A DNA stretch of 64,000 bases from Candidatus Marinacidobacterium sp. (lineage in GTDB: Bacteria > Acidobacteriota > Vicinamibacteria > Marinacidobacterales > Marinacidobacteraceae): the NCBI GenBank assembly GCA_965223075.1, contig OZ244986.1:3421630-3485629 (forward strand), written 5' to 3'. The position numbers and the translations under genes were made by a program. The notes beneath the pieces are model-generated. The model was not told the DNA's origin and made no database searches. It saw only the letters and a list, made by a program, of their open reading frames with translations. Shown here one piece after another: positions 42,283-51,665 of the stretch (positions are counted from its first letter, which is position 1; every line of letters starts with the position of its first letter).

Positions 42283-43737
42283 CAATACTGTTCACTTAGA
42301 CGATTCTGACGGTTGGCGGGCCGTCCCTGCGGCAGGTCGGAGCGTGTCTGGGCCGCAGGGGATAGCCGCTCATCTTGCGCTTGACCCCGCGGGGCGTGCA
42401 TCGGTTGCGACTGGACACCACCCGTTCGTCGAGGAGTTCGTCAAGGACGTGCTGGCGGAGGCTGTTCTGACGCTGAGGGGGGAATGGCTCCGTGGGTGAT
42501 GATGTTGCGACGGACCGCCCGAACCGCGTGGAGGTAGGAGAGTCGGTCTGGATCGTCTCCGCGCTGCCGGGCGGCGTCGTGCATGAGGGAGCGGATGGCG
42601 AAGTGGGCCAACATCAGGCCCCAGAACTCCTGGCGGACGAGTTCGGGGGTCTTGCTGCGGAGGACGATCCGGGGGCCGCGGAGGTGGGTCTTGAGTTCGT
42701 CCAGCGCGGTTTCGATCTCCCAGCGCTCGCGGTAGAGGGCGGCCAGCTCCGGGGCCGGGGCGCGGTCCGCATCCAGCACCGTGGTCAATAGCCGATACAG
42801 CGGTTCGGCGTCGGCCACGCCGGCCAGTTGATAGTCGATCACCCGCACCCGGACCGCGCGCCGCCCGTGGCGGCGGTCTTTGTCGGAGGGGTAGATCCGG
42901 CTCAGATAGGAGCCGTCGGCCAACGGGGTCTCCCGCGGCAGGCGCCGGTTCTTCTTGATGCGCCACAACAGATCCGCCCCCGTGGTGCGGGCCTGATTCC
43001 ACAGGGCGTAGCTGTAGAAGTTGCGGTCGGCGAGACACAACATGCCCGCCTGCAAGGAGGGCATCACGTCCTCGACCAGGCGGTGTTCGCTCACTTGGTA
43101 GCCGGCCATGCGGCTGGCAAACAGGACGTGGGTTCCGTTCTCGACCAAGGATACGAACCGGATCTGGGGGAAGGCACTGGCCCCGCGACTGGCGCCGGGG
43201 CGCCCGAAGGCCGCCGCGTTCGGGACCTCGTCCGCGACATCCAGGGTGCTGCCGTCCACGCTGACCACCTGCCACTGCCGATAGCCGCATCCCGGTTCCG
43301 ACGGCTGCCCCACCGGCCGCACCACGGCGTCATGCAGGGCTTGCAGCGGTTCGGCGCCCAGCCGCTGGCGCGCCTGCGAAATCCCCGACTTCCCCGCCAC
43401 CCGGGGGCGCGCCGACGGATCGCCCAACCACCGCAGCCCTTCCAGCAGGCAGCGCAGAACCTCTCGATACGACGACTGCATGTACAGCGCCAAGGCGATC
43501 ACGTAATACACCACCACGTGCGCCGGCAGATCCCGCTGACGGGCACTCTGCCGCCCCGTAGCCTGCAGCGCCTCGTCCACGGCCGCCCGCGGGATCCTCT
43601 GGTTCAGCACCCCGAGGCTGATGTAGTCCGTGAGCCGGCTCCCTTTCGGAAGCTCCGCGACTGTTCTCGCCATAGCCAACCTCCCGGCCAAGCCACGGGA
43701 AGAATAGCGAAGAAAATACCCTAAGTGAACAGTATTG
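42283..43737 (-). mobile_element. IS4-family insertion sequence (1455 bp)
   Basis: 17-bp perfect TIR CAATACTGTTCACTTAG; 10-bp TSD GGGCTAGCAG at 42273-42282 and 43738-43747. Confidence 0.95.
42441..43673 (-). CDS. IS4-family DDE transposase
   Basis: SVDGSTLDV, LADRNF, YRERWEIETALDELK (YREK signature). Confidence 0.93.
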   Translation of the reverse strand: MARTVAELPKGSRLTDYISLGVLNQRIPRAAVDEALQATGRQSARQRDLPAHVVVYYVIALALYMQSSYREVLRCLLEGLRWLGDPSARPRVAGKSGISQARQRLGAEPLQALHDAVVRPVGQPSEPGCGYRQWQVVSVDGSTLDVADEVPNAAAFGRPGASRGASAFPQIRFVSLVENGTHVLFASRMAGYQVSEHRLVEDVMPSLQAGMLCLADRNFYSYALWNQARTTGADLLWRIKKNRRLPRETPLADGSYLSRIYPSDKDRRHGRRAVRVRVIDYQLAGVADAEPLYRLLTTVLDADRAPAPELAALYRERWEIETALDELKTHLRGPRIVLRSKTPELVRQEFWGLMLAHFAIRSLMHDAARQRGDDPDRLSYLHAVRAVRRNIITHGAIPPSASEQPPPARP

Positions 43738-43741
43738 GGGC

Positions 43742-43835
43742 TAGCAGCCTGTGGACAAAGTGGCGTGCGCGCCGAGAGCGGCCAGTCCTCCCGGTGGGGG
43801 CGAGGCACGCGGCTGACAAGGCGCGCGAGGGAGGA
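43742..43835. mobile_element. Partial MITE family A with C unit
   Basis: TAGCAGCCTGTGGACAAAGT left half, C at 43782, cut at GGGAGGA by the family B left end. Confidence 0.75.
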
Positions 43836-44214
43836 GCCCCCACCCGGAGAAACCATCATGATCGGGTCCTCCAATACACCCCGCCTGGCATGAAAAAAGG
43901 CGCGGCCGCGGGTAGGGTGAGCGGTCGCGGCATCCGGGACTGGAAGAGGGTGCGGAACTCAAGTTGGCAGAGCGCCGTGTCATCGGCGCTGGTTTCGCGC
44001 TCCCGCGCGATGCCGACCGGAGGTCGGCGTTCCCTGGCCAGCGTGCCCCTCTGCCGGGTGGGGTAGGTACCGAGACGTGCGCCATCGCGGAACTGGGAAG
44101 TACGCCCTTTCGCCCCGCTGCGCGGGGCGGTGCCGGTGTGAACACCGGCGGTCCCTGACCGGCGGCGCCATCCGGATCGTTGGCGTACCTTTGGGACGTG
44201 CACTTACACGGCAA
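43836..44214 (+). repeat. Full-length family B element
   Basis: Begins GCCCCCACCCGGAGAAACC, ends GGGACGTGCACTTACACGGCAA (degenerate form of GGGACTGCCTTTTCATAGCAACTGG). Confidence 0.7.
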
Positions 44215-44250
44215 ACGCGCAGCGCTGGCCAGCCAGACGCCCCAGGCCCC

Positions 44251-45590
44251 CATAAGCGCTAACATAGAAGTTCGGACGCGAAGAAAGCCCGAACTTGGGG
44301 GCTCCGGGTGCGCGGTGGCTCGGCCAAGGATCTGGCAATGCCCTTCCAATCGTGGACAACGCGGGCGAGTGGCATCCGAGGCTTGATGGCTCCCACCACG
44401 TCGTCCAGGACATAGGCGAACTCACGCCACGCGCTGGGTGTCCGTTTCCGCCGCCAGTTCGTATCCCCAGGGGGAAACGGACTCGGCGTGGCGGATGAGC
44501 TTCTCCACCAGCAGCGCCACCAGAAGCTTGCCGTACAACCAGGCCCGGGCGCTGTCGTCATCGTATTTGGGCAGATGCCCCAACTCCGCCAGAGACTTCA
44601 GCCGCTTGAAGACCAACTCGACCTGCCAGCGGGTCCGATACCACTCCAACACCTGCCGGGCAGAGAAGTCCGCCTCGGGAAAGTTCGTGAACACGATCAC
44701 GAACTTGGCGAACTCAACCGTCTTGGGCTGGATCTCGGTGCCCTTCCGGCTGGCGTCGCTCCGGATCTTCTTCTGCGCCTGCCGGATGGCTTCCCGGCTC
44801 TTGCGCACCGCGCAGATCCGACCCGCCACCGTCCCGCCGTCCGCCGCTACCACCCGCGCCGGCCAGAACCCGATCTGGTCGGCGCGCCGCAGCGAACGCA
44901 CGGTCTCCAATAGGTCCAACGGCTCCCCCACCGCGCTTTGCAACGCCAGCGCCCGGGTGTTGACCCGGACCGTCGCATAGCCCCCAGAATGCGCCACGTG
45001 AACGAGCCCCGGCGCCCGCGCGTAGCCCCGGTCCGCCACTACGTGGTCCCCAGACTGGATCGGAAAGTGCGTCAGCGACTCTCCGCTTCCCTTCCCCTCC
45101 GTCGCCGTAACTCGGAAAAAATCGCACGAAAGCGACGGCAAGCGCACGCTGTAGTGGATCCGCCACAACGAACCCGTCTTCCCCGGTTCCCTCACCGTCG
45201 TCGCGTCCATCGCCCGAATCTGGAACCCGCCCTCCGCGGCACGCGACAACCCCTGCTCTCGGAACAGCTCCACGCACAGCGCCTGCAGCCATCCCCCCGC
45301 GTTGCGCAGCCGCTTCATCAGCGCCACGTCCGACAGCTCCGCCAAACCCACCTGCCGCGCTCGGACCGCCGTCTCGCGCAGCGAATACCCACACCCCAAA
45401 TGCATCAACAGCACCCGCAGCAGGTTCTCCACCGACTTGATCCCCCGAAGTCTCTTCAGCGCCCCGGTGTCCGCCGCCAACTCCCGCCAGTTCCCCGGCA
45501 AGAACGACTTCACGAGGTCCCAGTCCTCTTGCATCCCGTCGCTCCCCTCCACACTTCCCAGCGCGAATGGAGCCTATGTTAGCGCTTATG
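44251..45590 (-). mobile_element. IS4-family insertion sequence (1340 bp)
   Basis: 17-bp perfect TIR CATAAGCGCTAACATAG; 11-bp TSD CCCCAGGCCCC at 44240-44250 and 45591-45601. Confidence 0.95.
44422..45534 (-). CDS. IS4-family DDE transposase
   Basis: AMDATT, VADRGY, YRTRWQVELVFKRLKS. Confidence 0.93.
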   Translation of the reverse strand: MQEDWDLVKSFLPGNWRELAADTGALKRLRGIKSVENLLRVLLMHLGCGYSLRETAVRARQVGLAELSDVALMKRLRNAGGWLQALCVELFREQGLSRAAEGGFQIRAMDATTVREPGKTGSLWRIHYSVRLPSLSCDFFRVTATEGKGSGESLTHFPIQSGDHVVADRGYARAPGLVHVAHSGGYATVRVNTRALALQSAVGEPLDLLETVRSLRRADQIGFWPARVVAADGGTVAGRICAVRKSREAIRQAQKKIRSDASRKGTEIQPKTVEFAKFVIVFTNFPEADFSARQVLEWYRTRWQVELVFKRLKSLAELGHLPKYDDDSARAWLYGKLLVALLVEKLIRHAESVSPWGYELAAETDTQRVA

Positions 45591-45616
45591 CCCCAGGCCC
45601 CTCTATGATCGGGACC

Positions 45617-47014
45617 ATGTCGCAGAAACCCTTTCGCTCGATACCGGCCTTGCTGTTGGCCGCCGTGCTGCTTCCCGCGTGTACGCCGGAGCCCCAGGAT
45701 TCCCCGGCGCACTACGGAAAAGCGGACGCCGAACTTGCCGCTCGGATCTACCCCCTCGCCCAGGACGCCCTCCGGAACCATCCCGCCCCCGGCATTTCCG
45801 TGGCTGTCCAGCAGCACGGGGAGGTCGTCTTTGCCGGCGGATTCGGCTATGCGGACCTTGAGAACGAGGTGCCGGCGACGGCGGACACGGTGTATCGCAT
45901 CGGTTCGGTCACCAAGCAGTTCACCGCCGCCGCCGCGATGCTCCTGGTCGAGGAGGGAAAGCTGGACCTGTCCGCCGATCTCCGCGAATACCTGCCCGAC
46001 TACGACACGCGTGGCTTCGAGGTGTCGGTCGAGCGCCTCCTCACCCATACCTCGGGGATCAAGGGGTACACGGAGATGCCGGAGTTTTGGGAGCGGTCCC
46101 GCCTGGACCTCGGTCACGAGGCCATGCTGGAACTGTTCTCCGCGCCGCCCTTCGAGTTCGAACCCGGGGACCGCTACCAGTACAACAACTCGGGCTACTA
46201 CCTGCTCGGAGTCCTCGTCGAACGCCTCTCGGGAATGAGCTACCCCGCGTTTCTCGAGGCGCGGCTGTTCGAGCCGCTGGGTCTGGAGCGGACGCACTTC
46301 CTCAGCAACCGCCCCCTCATCCACGGCCGCGCCGAAGGCTATGAAGTCGGAGAAGGGAACGGCTTCGTGAACGATGAGCCGCTGAGCATGGAACTGCCCT
46401 ACGCGGCCGGCTCCCTGGGGGCGAGCGTCCTGGATCTCCTCGCCTGGCAGCGCGCGCTGGCCTCGGGCAACGTGGTAAGCCCCGCCAAGTACGAGGCGAT
46501 GACCGCCCGGGGCAGCCTCGTGAACGGCGATTCGGTCCACTACGGCTACGGGCTCCGCCTGGGGGAGGAACACGGGCTCGCCAAGGTGTCCCACGGTGGT
46601 GGTATCAACGGCTTCCGCGCCGAGCTCGCGTTCTATCCCGAGCCCGAGCTCGGCATCGCGGTGCTCATCAATTCCGGCTCCGGGAGGCCCGGCCTCCTCG
46701 AAAACCGGATCGCCCGGACGATGCTGGGAATGGAACAGCCGGTCGTGAACGAAATCGAAGTGCCCGAATCCGAACTCAGGCGCTGCGCCGGAACCTACGA
46801 TCCCGGCCGCGCGCCGGTCACCATCCGCTTCGAGGACGGGGCGCTCTTCGGCTTCGGCGAGCGGCTGGTTCCGGTGGGCGACGGGGTGTTCCATCCGGAA
46901 GACGATCCCTTCACTCGGGTGGTTTGCGACCCGAGCCCGGAGGATTCCGCAGCCCCCGCCCTCACGGTTGCCGGCGGAGGGGTGAGCACCCGCTATCCCC
47001 GGGTTTCCGGTTGA
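45617..47014 (+). CDS. Serine hydrolase (beta-lactamase class C-like) lipoprotein
   Basis: Lipobox LPAC; SVTK (SxxK), LLTHTSG, YNN (YxN), HGG. Confidence 0.88.
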   Translation: MSQKPFRSIPALLLAAVLLPACTPEPQDSPAHYGKADAELAARIYPLAQDALRNHPAPGISVAVQQHGEVVFAGGFGYADLENEVPATADTVYRIGSVTKQFTAAAAMLLVEEGKLDLSADLREYLPDYDTRGFEVSVERLLTHTSGIKGYTEMPEFWERSRLDLGHEAMLELFSAPPFEFEPGDRYQYNNSGYYLLGVLVERLSGMSYPAFLEARLFEPLGLERTHFLSNRPLIHGRAEGYEVGEGNGFVNDEPLSMELPYAAGSLGASVLDLLAWQRALASGNVVSPAKYEAMTARGSLVNGDSVHYGYGLRLGEEHGLAKVSHGGGINGFRAELAFYPEPELGIAVLINSGSGRPGLLENRIARTMLGMEQPVVNEIEVPESELRRCAGTYDPGRAPVTIRFEDGALFGFGERLVPVGDGVFHPEDDPFTRVVCDPSPEDSAAPALTVAGGGVSTRYPRVSG

Positions 47015-47061
47015 CCGGCGTTCCCCGTTTGTCGCCCAGTGACGGCTAGACTGCCCGGCCC

Positions 47062-47511
47062 ATGCCGAGCGTAGAGGTCCAAACGACCGTCACGGCGCCG
47101 CCGGAGCGGGTCTTCCGGATCGCTACCGACCTCGAGAACATCGCCGAGACGATGTCCGGGATTGACAGCGCCGAGGTCCTGACCGATGGACCCTTCCGGG
47201 AGGGGACCCGCTGGCGGGAAACCCGGACGCTCTACGGGCGGCAGGCGACCGAGGAGATGTGGGTTACCGGTTTCGATCCACCCGGGTCGTACGTGGTCGA
47301 GGCCGAATCGCACGGGGCCCACTATCGGACCGAGATGACCTTCGCGCCCGCGGATGACGGGACGCGGGTCACCATGGTCTTTTCGGCCCGCCCGGTGAGC
47401 TTCTTCGCCCGGCTGTTCTCCTTCCTCAGCGCCGCGATGCTGAAGAGCGTGAAAAAGGCGATCGAACAGGACATGGAAGACCTGAAGCGGGCGGCGGAGT
47501 CCTCCGCCTGA
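47062..47511 (+). CDS. SRPBCC/polyketide cyclase family protein
   Basis: APPERVF, GTRWRETR, C-terminal DLKRAAE helix. Confidence 0.85.
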   Translation: MPSVEVQTTVTAPPERVFRIATDLENIAETMSGIDSAEVLTDGPFREGTRWRETRTLYGRQATEEMWVTGFDPPGSYVVEAESHGAHYRTEMTFAPADDGTRVTMVFSARPVSFFARLFSFLSAAMLKSVKKAIEQDMEDLKRAAESSA

Positions 47512-47571
47512 GGGGCACGTGAAGGTCCCCGCCCCTCGGAGGCTCAGCTTGCCGCGATCCGGCTCGCTCTC

Positions 47572-48162
47572 GTGAAAGCTGCCGGCCCGGAACGCTCGTT
47601 ACCCCGGGACCCCGCCGGATGGCCCGCTGGCCTTCCCCTCCGCAGCCCGCGCCTCATTGTTCGGCCCTTCCGGGAGTCGGATTTCTCCGATGTCCAGGAG
47701 TACGCGGGCGACCCCGAGGTGACCCGTCATCTCCGGTGGGGGCCGAACACCCCGTCCGAGACCCTTTGTTTCCTCCGGCGGGCGATTGAAGCCACCCGCA
47801 CGCCCGGTGCCTCGCAGCTCGACCTGGCGGTGGTCGAGCGGCGCAGCATGCGGGTGCGGGGTGGACTCGGCCTCCATGAGCGCGAGCCGGGCCGGGTGGA
47901 GATCGGATACTGCCTGGCCCGTACCGTCTGGGGGTTCGGGTACGCGAGCGAAGCGGTGCGAAGCGCCGTCCGCTTCGCTGACGTCCGTTTCGAGGGTGCG
48001 GAACTGTTCGGCCTCGTGGTGCCCGAAAATGATGCTTCCGGGCGGGTGCTCCTTCGGAACGGGTTCGAACCGGCCGGGGACTTGTCCCCGTACGCGCCGT
48101 GGATGGATGGCCTCTGCTCCACCGCGTTGGCCTTCCGCCGGTGCTCGTCCTCCCGGTCTTGA
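47572..48162 (+). CDS. GNAT acetyltransferase (RimJ/RimL-like)
   Basis: RLIVRPF, EIGYCL...WGFGYASE, NDASGRVL...GF. Confidence 0.8.
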   Translation: MKAAGPERSLPRDPAGWPAGLPLRSPRLIVRPFRESDFSDVQEYAGDPEVTRHLRWGPNTPSETLCFLRRAIEATRTPGASQLDLAVVERRSMRVRGGLGLHEREPGRVEIGYCLARTVWGFGYASEAVRSAVRFADVRFEGAELFGLVVPENDASGRVLLRNGFEPAGDLSPYAPWMDGLCSTALAFRRCSSSRS

Positions 48163-48902
48163 CGCCTCCCCGGGTTCCCCGTCCGAGACTTCGCCGGCAA
48201 GTTGCCCGGAGGCCGATAGCGCCGGGTTACTCCGTTCGGGTTCCCGCCAGGCGCCGCCGGTTGCCGGGGGACGGTCCCGCCGACCGGCTCCTGGAGAACG
48301 GGGCGCGATCCCTGACCAGCGCGGAATTGCTCGGTCTCGTGCTCGGTCCGCGTGGAGATGACCTGGCCCGCCGCCTCCTCGACGACCTGGGTGGACTGGC
48401 TCGACTCAGCCAGGCTCCGCTTGGCCAGTTGGCGCACCGGTCCGGGCTTTCGCGAACGCGGCTCATCCGGCTGGCGGCTGCTCTTGAGCTGGGACGCCGC
48501 GCGGGCTATCCGACGGACGGCCAGGTCCCGTGTTTCCGAAGTCCGGCCGAGGTGGCGCGCTACCTCATCTCCCGCTTCGGGAACCGGGAAGTCGAGGAGT
48601 TCGGTGTCCTGATGCTCGATAGCCGCGGCTGCCTGCGCCGTGCCGAAATCATCTCGCGCGGCTCGCTTACCGGAGCCCCGGTCCATCCCCGGGATCTATT
48701 CCGGCTCGCGGCGGCCTACCAGGCGGTTTCACTGATCCTCTTCCACAATCACCCATCCGGAGACCCGGAGCCGTCGGAGGCGGACCGTCAACTCACCCGG
48801 CGGCTTCAGGAAGCCGGAGCGATCATGGGGATCCCCGTACTCGATCACCTGGTGATCGGCGCCGGGAAATGGTTCAGTTTCAGCGACGAGGGCGCGCTCT
48901 GA
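48159..48902 (+). CDS. radC: RadC / JAB domain protein
   Basis: ALELGRR, EEFGVL, VHPRDLF, HNHPSGDPEPSEAD, LDHLVIG; TTG start overlaps upstream TGA. Confidence 0.9.
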   Translation: MTPPRVPRPRLRRQVARRPIAPGYSVRVPARRRRLPGDGPADRLLENGARSLTSAELLGLVLGPRGDDLARRLLDDLGGLARLSQAPLGQLAHRSGLSRTRLIRLAAALELGRRAGYPTDGQVPCFRSPAEVARYLISRFGNREVEEFGVLMLDSRGCLRRAEIISRGSLTGAPVHPRDLFRLAAAYQAVSLILFHNHPSGDPEPSEADRQLTRRLQEAGAIMGIPVLDHLVIGAGKWFSFSDEGAL

Positions 48903-48924
48903 AGCGGCGCGGAGCGCCGCACGA

Positions 48925-49401
48925 TCAGGCTGTGCCTTCGCAGTCCGAGCAGATCCCGTAGAGCTGATGCCGGTGCCAGACCAGACGGTAACCGTGTTCG
49001 GTGGCAATCTCCTCTTGCCGCCGCTCCACTTCCGATGACAGGAACTCGTCAATCCGGCCGCAGCGGACACAGATGAGGTGATCGTGATGACCGCGGGAGA
49101 GTGCCGGCTCGAACCGGGTGAGACCGTCCTTGAGGTCGATGGAGGTCGCAATATGGGCTTCGCAGAAGAGGCGGAGAGCCCGGTACACCGTCGTCCGGCC
49201 GATGGAGGCGTCCGCCTCCCGCACGTCGCTATGAAGGTCGTCGGCGGAGACGTGTCCGCCCATGCCGAGGAAGCGGTCCAAAATGAGTTCCCGCTGCCGG
49301 GATTTCTTCAGGCCCCGTTCCCGGGTGAACTCTCCGAGCCGCCGGAAGGCCTCTTCGCGCATCGAGGCCGGACTCGGCGGCGTGGGGACGAAAGTACTCA
49401 T
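48925..49401 (-). CDS. fur: Fur-family transcriptional regulator
   Basis: QRELIL, HVSADDL, TTVYRAL, HHDHLICVRCG, CSDC. Confidence 0.9.
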   Translation of the reverse strand: MSTFVPTPPSPASMREEAFRRLGEFTRERGLKKSRQRELILDRFLGMGGHVSADDLHSDVREADASIGRTTVYRALRLFCEAHIATSIDLKDGLTRFEPALSRGHHDHLICVRCGRIDEFLSSEVERRQEEIATEHGYRLVWHRHQLYGICSDCEGTA

Positions 49402-49568
49402 GGGCGGAATCCGTCGTGGCCGCGCCATCATGCCGATCCGGCCTGGGGCGCCCTGCACTGCACAGGGTACCCCGTCCGACCGCAGGACGGTCCGATGCCT
49501 CGCCAGCCCGCCCCGGGCGCCCCGGGACGAGGTCGAGAACCGGCCGGCTTCTAGAATCCGCCGTTCCC

Positions 49569-50798
49569 ATGCGCATCCTCTATCTTGACCTGTCCGCCGG
49601 CGTCTCCGGGGACATGCTGCTCGGTGCGCTGGTGGATGTCGGGGTTCCCCGCGAAGTGCTGTCCAGCACTGTCGAGGCGCTTCGGTCCCCGGTCTCGCTG
49701 TCCTACGAGGAGAGTTCCCGGGGAGGACTTCGCGGGATCAAGGCGCATGTCGAGGCCGCGGACGACCGCGGACATCGCCATCTGAGGGACTTCCTGCGAG
49801 TCCTGGAGCGGAGCGGACTACCCACCGAAGTCTCTCAGCGGGCGGCCGGACTCCTCCGGCGGATCTTCGAAGCCGAGGGGCAGATCCACGGTATGTCGGC
49901 GGAATCGGTGCACCTGCACGAACTGGGATCGCTCGACACTCTGGTCGACATCGTGGGAGCGGTGGCGGGAGTGGCGTATCTCGCTCCCGATACCGTGGTG
50001 GGCTCGCCCGTGAATGTGGGAAGCGGTTCGGTCGAGGCGGAGCACGGAACGCTGGAGATTCCGGCCCCGGCGACGGCCCTGTTGCTCCGGGGGGTGCCCA
50101 CATTCTCGGACGGCTCCGGCTTTGAACGCACGACCCCCACCGGGGCCGTGCTGACCGGTCTCGCCGACTCCTTCGGCGGTTGGCCCGGGATGACCCCGGA
50201 AAGGATCGGATACGGCCTCGGCTCGGCCGATCCCAAGGAGGGGCGCCCCAATGCGCTCCGCGTTGTCTCCGGATCGGCGCCCGACAGTTCCGGGAGTGCG
50301 GTGGTCGTCGTTGAAGCGACGCTCGACGACCTGCCGCCCGAAATCGCCCCGCACCTCCTGGAACGGCTGCTCGCCGCGGGCGCCCGGGACGCCTTCTTCA
50401 CCCCGGTACAGATGAAGAAAGGGCGCCCGGGCCTGACGGTAACCGCTCTCGCCGATTTCGGGCGCCGCGATGCAGTGACAGCCACCCTGTTCCGGGAGAG
50501 CACGACGCTCGGCGTCCGGATCACGGTGGCGGAGCGGGAAACCCTCGAACGACGGGTGGTTCGGGTGGAAACTCCGTGGGGCCGGGTGGGGGTCAAGATC
50601 GGTCTGCGCGACGGGACGGTGATCAACCGGGCTCCGGAGTTCGAGGACTGCCGCCGGTTGGCCGAAAGTACCGGGGTCGCTCTGAAAGAGATCCACCGGG
50701 AGGCCCTCGCGGCATCCCTCCCCGATTCGGGGAACCCCACCGAAGACGGTGATTCTCCGGATTCACCTGAGTCGGCCGCGCCGGATGGATCGCGATGA
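49569..50798 (+). CDS. larC: Nickel pincer cofactor biosynthesis protein LarC
   Basis: GVSGDMLLGAL, VHLHELG, PAPAT, MKKGRPG, TTLGVR, APEFEDC. Confidence 0.9.
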   Translation: MRILYLDLSAGVSGDMLLGALVDVGVPREVLSSTVEALRSPVSLSYEESSRGGLRGIKAHVEAADDRGHRHLRDFLRVLERSGLPTEVSQRAAGLLRRIFEAEGQIHGMSAESVHLHELGSLDTLVDIVGAVAGVAYLAPDTVVGSPVNVGSGSVEAEHGTLEIPAPATALLLRGVPTFSDGSGFERTTPTGAVLTGLADSFGGWPGMTPERIGYGLGSADPKEGRPNALRVVSGSAPDSSGSAVVVVEATLDDLPPEIAPHLLERLLAAGARDAFFTPVQMKKGRPGLTVTALADFGRRDAVTATLFRESTTLGVRITVAERETLERRVVRVETPWGRVGVKIGLRDGTVINRAPEFEDCRRLAESTGVALKEIHREALAASLPDSGNPTEDGDSPDSPESAAPDGSR

Positions 50799-51646
50799 TC
50801 GATTCTCACGCGCATCTCGACCAGCCCGCCTTCAATCCCGATCGGCAGGCGGTGCTGGGGCGGGCAGCGCGTGCGGGGATTTCCACCATCGTTTCCATCG
50901 GAATGCTGGATGGCGAAGCCTCGTGGAGGCGGACCTTTGCCCTCGTGGACGACATGCATCCGGAAGGGGCGGATCACACCGGCGCGGGCGTGCCGCAGCT
51001 CTTCACGACGCTTGGTTGCCATCCTCACGATGCCAGGCTGTTTGACGAGCTTGGCGGCGAGGAGCGTCTGGCTGAACTGGCGCGCCGGCCGCGGCTGCTG
51101 GCCATCGGCGAGGTGGGGCTCGACTACCACTACGACTTGAGCCCGCGTCCCGAACAGCGGGACGTGTTCCGGCGCCAGATCCGGGTGGCGAGGGAGTTGG
51201 GACTACCGGTCGTCGTCCACCACCGCGACGCGGAAGATGACTTCCTTCGGATTGCCGAAGAGGAAGAACTCGCCGAATGCGGGGCCATTCTCCACTGTTT
51301 CACGGCGAGTGAACGCCTTGCCCGGGCGGCGTGGGAACGGGGCTTCCTGATCTCGTTTTCCGGAATCCTCACCTTCAAGAACGCGGAGGATCTCCGGCGG
51401 ACGGCCGCCCTCGTTCCACTCGATCATCTGCTGGTTGAGACCGACTGTCCCTATCTGGCGCCGGTGCCGCACCGGGGACGGCGCGCGGAACCCGCGATGG
51501 TGATGGAGACCGCCCGATGTCTCGCCGCCGTGCGCTCCGCGGACCCGGCGGCGATCGAGGCGGCCACCGACGCCAACTTCCGGCGCTTTTTCTTTGGGCC
51601 GGCGGCGATCACCGGCCGCGAATCCGGCACCCCCTGCGTGAGATAA
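50795..51646 (+). CDS. tatD: TatD-family hydrolase
   Basis: IDSHAH, GCHPH, IGEVGLDY, LHCF, LVETDCPYL. Confidence 0.92.
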   Translation: MIDSHAHLDQPAFNPDRQAVLGRAARAGISTIVSIGMLDGEASWRRTFALVDDMHPEGADHTGAGVPQLFTTLGCHPHDARLFDELGGEERLAELARRPRLLAIGEVGLDYHYDLSPRPEQRDVFRRQIRVARELGLPVVVHHRDAEDDFLRIAEEEELAECGAILHCFTASERLARAAWERGFLISFSGILTFKNAEDLRRTAALVPLDHLLVETDCPYLAPVPHRGRRAEPAMVMETARCLAAVRSADPAAIEAATDANFRRFFFGPAAITGRESGTPCVR

Positions 51647-51665
51647 TCGCAAGGAAATCCGGTAA

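Noticed and set aside
26164-43888. Long form of unit C as a group II intron end
   Set aside because: No GUGYG 5' end, no domain V/VI consensus and no RT gene.
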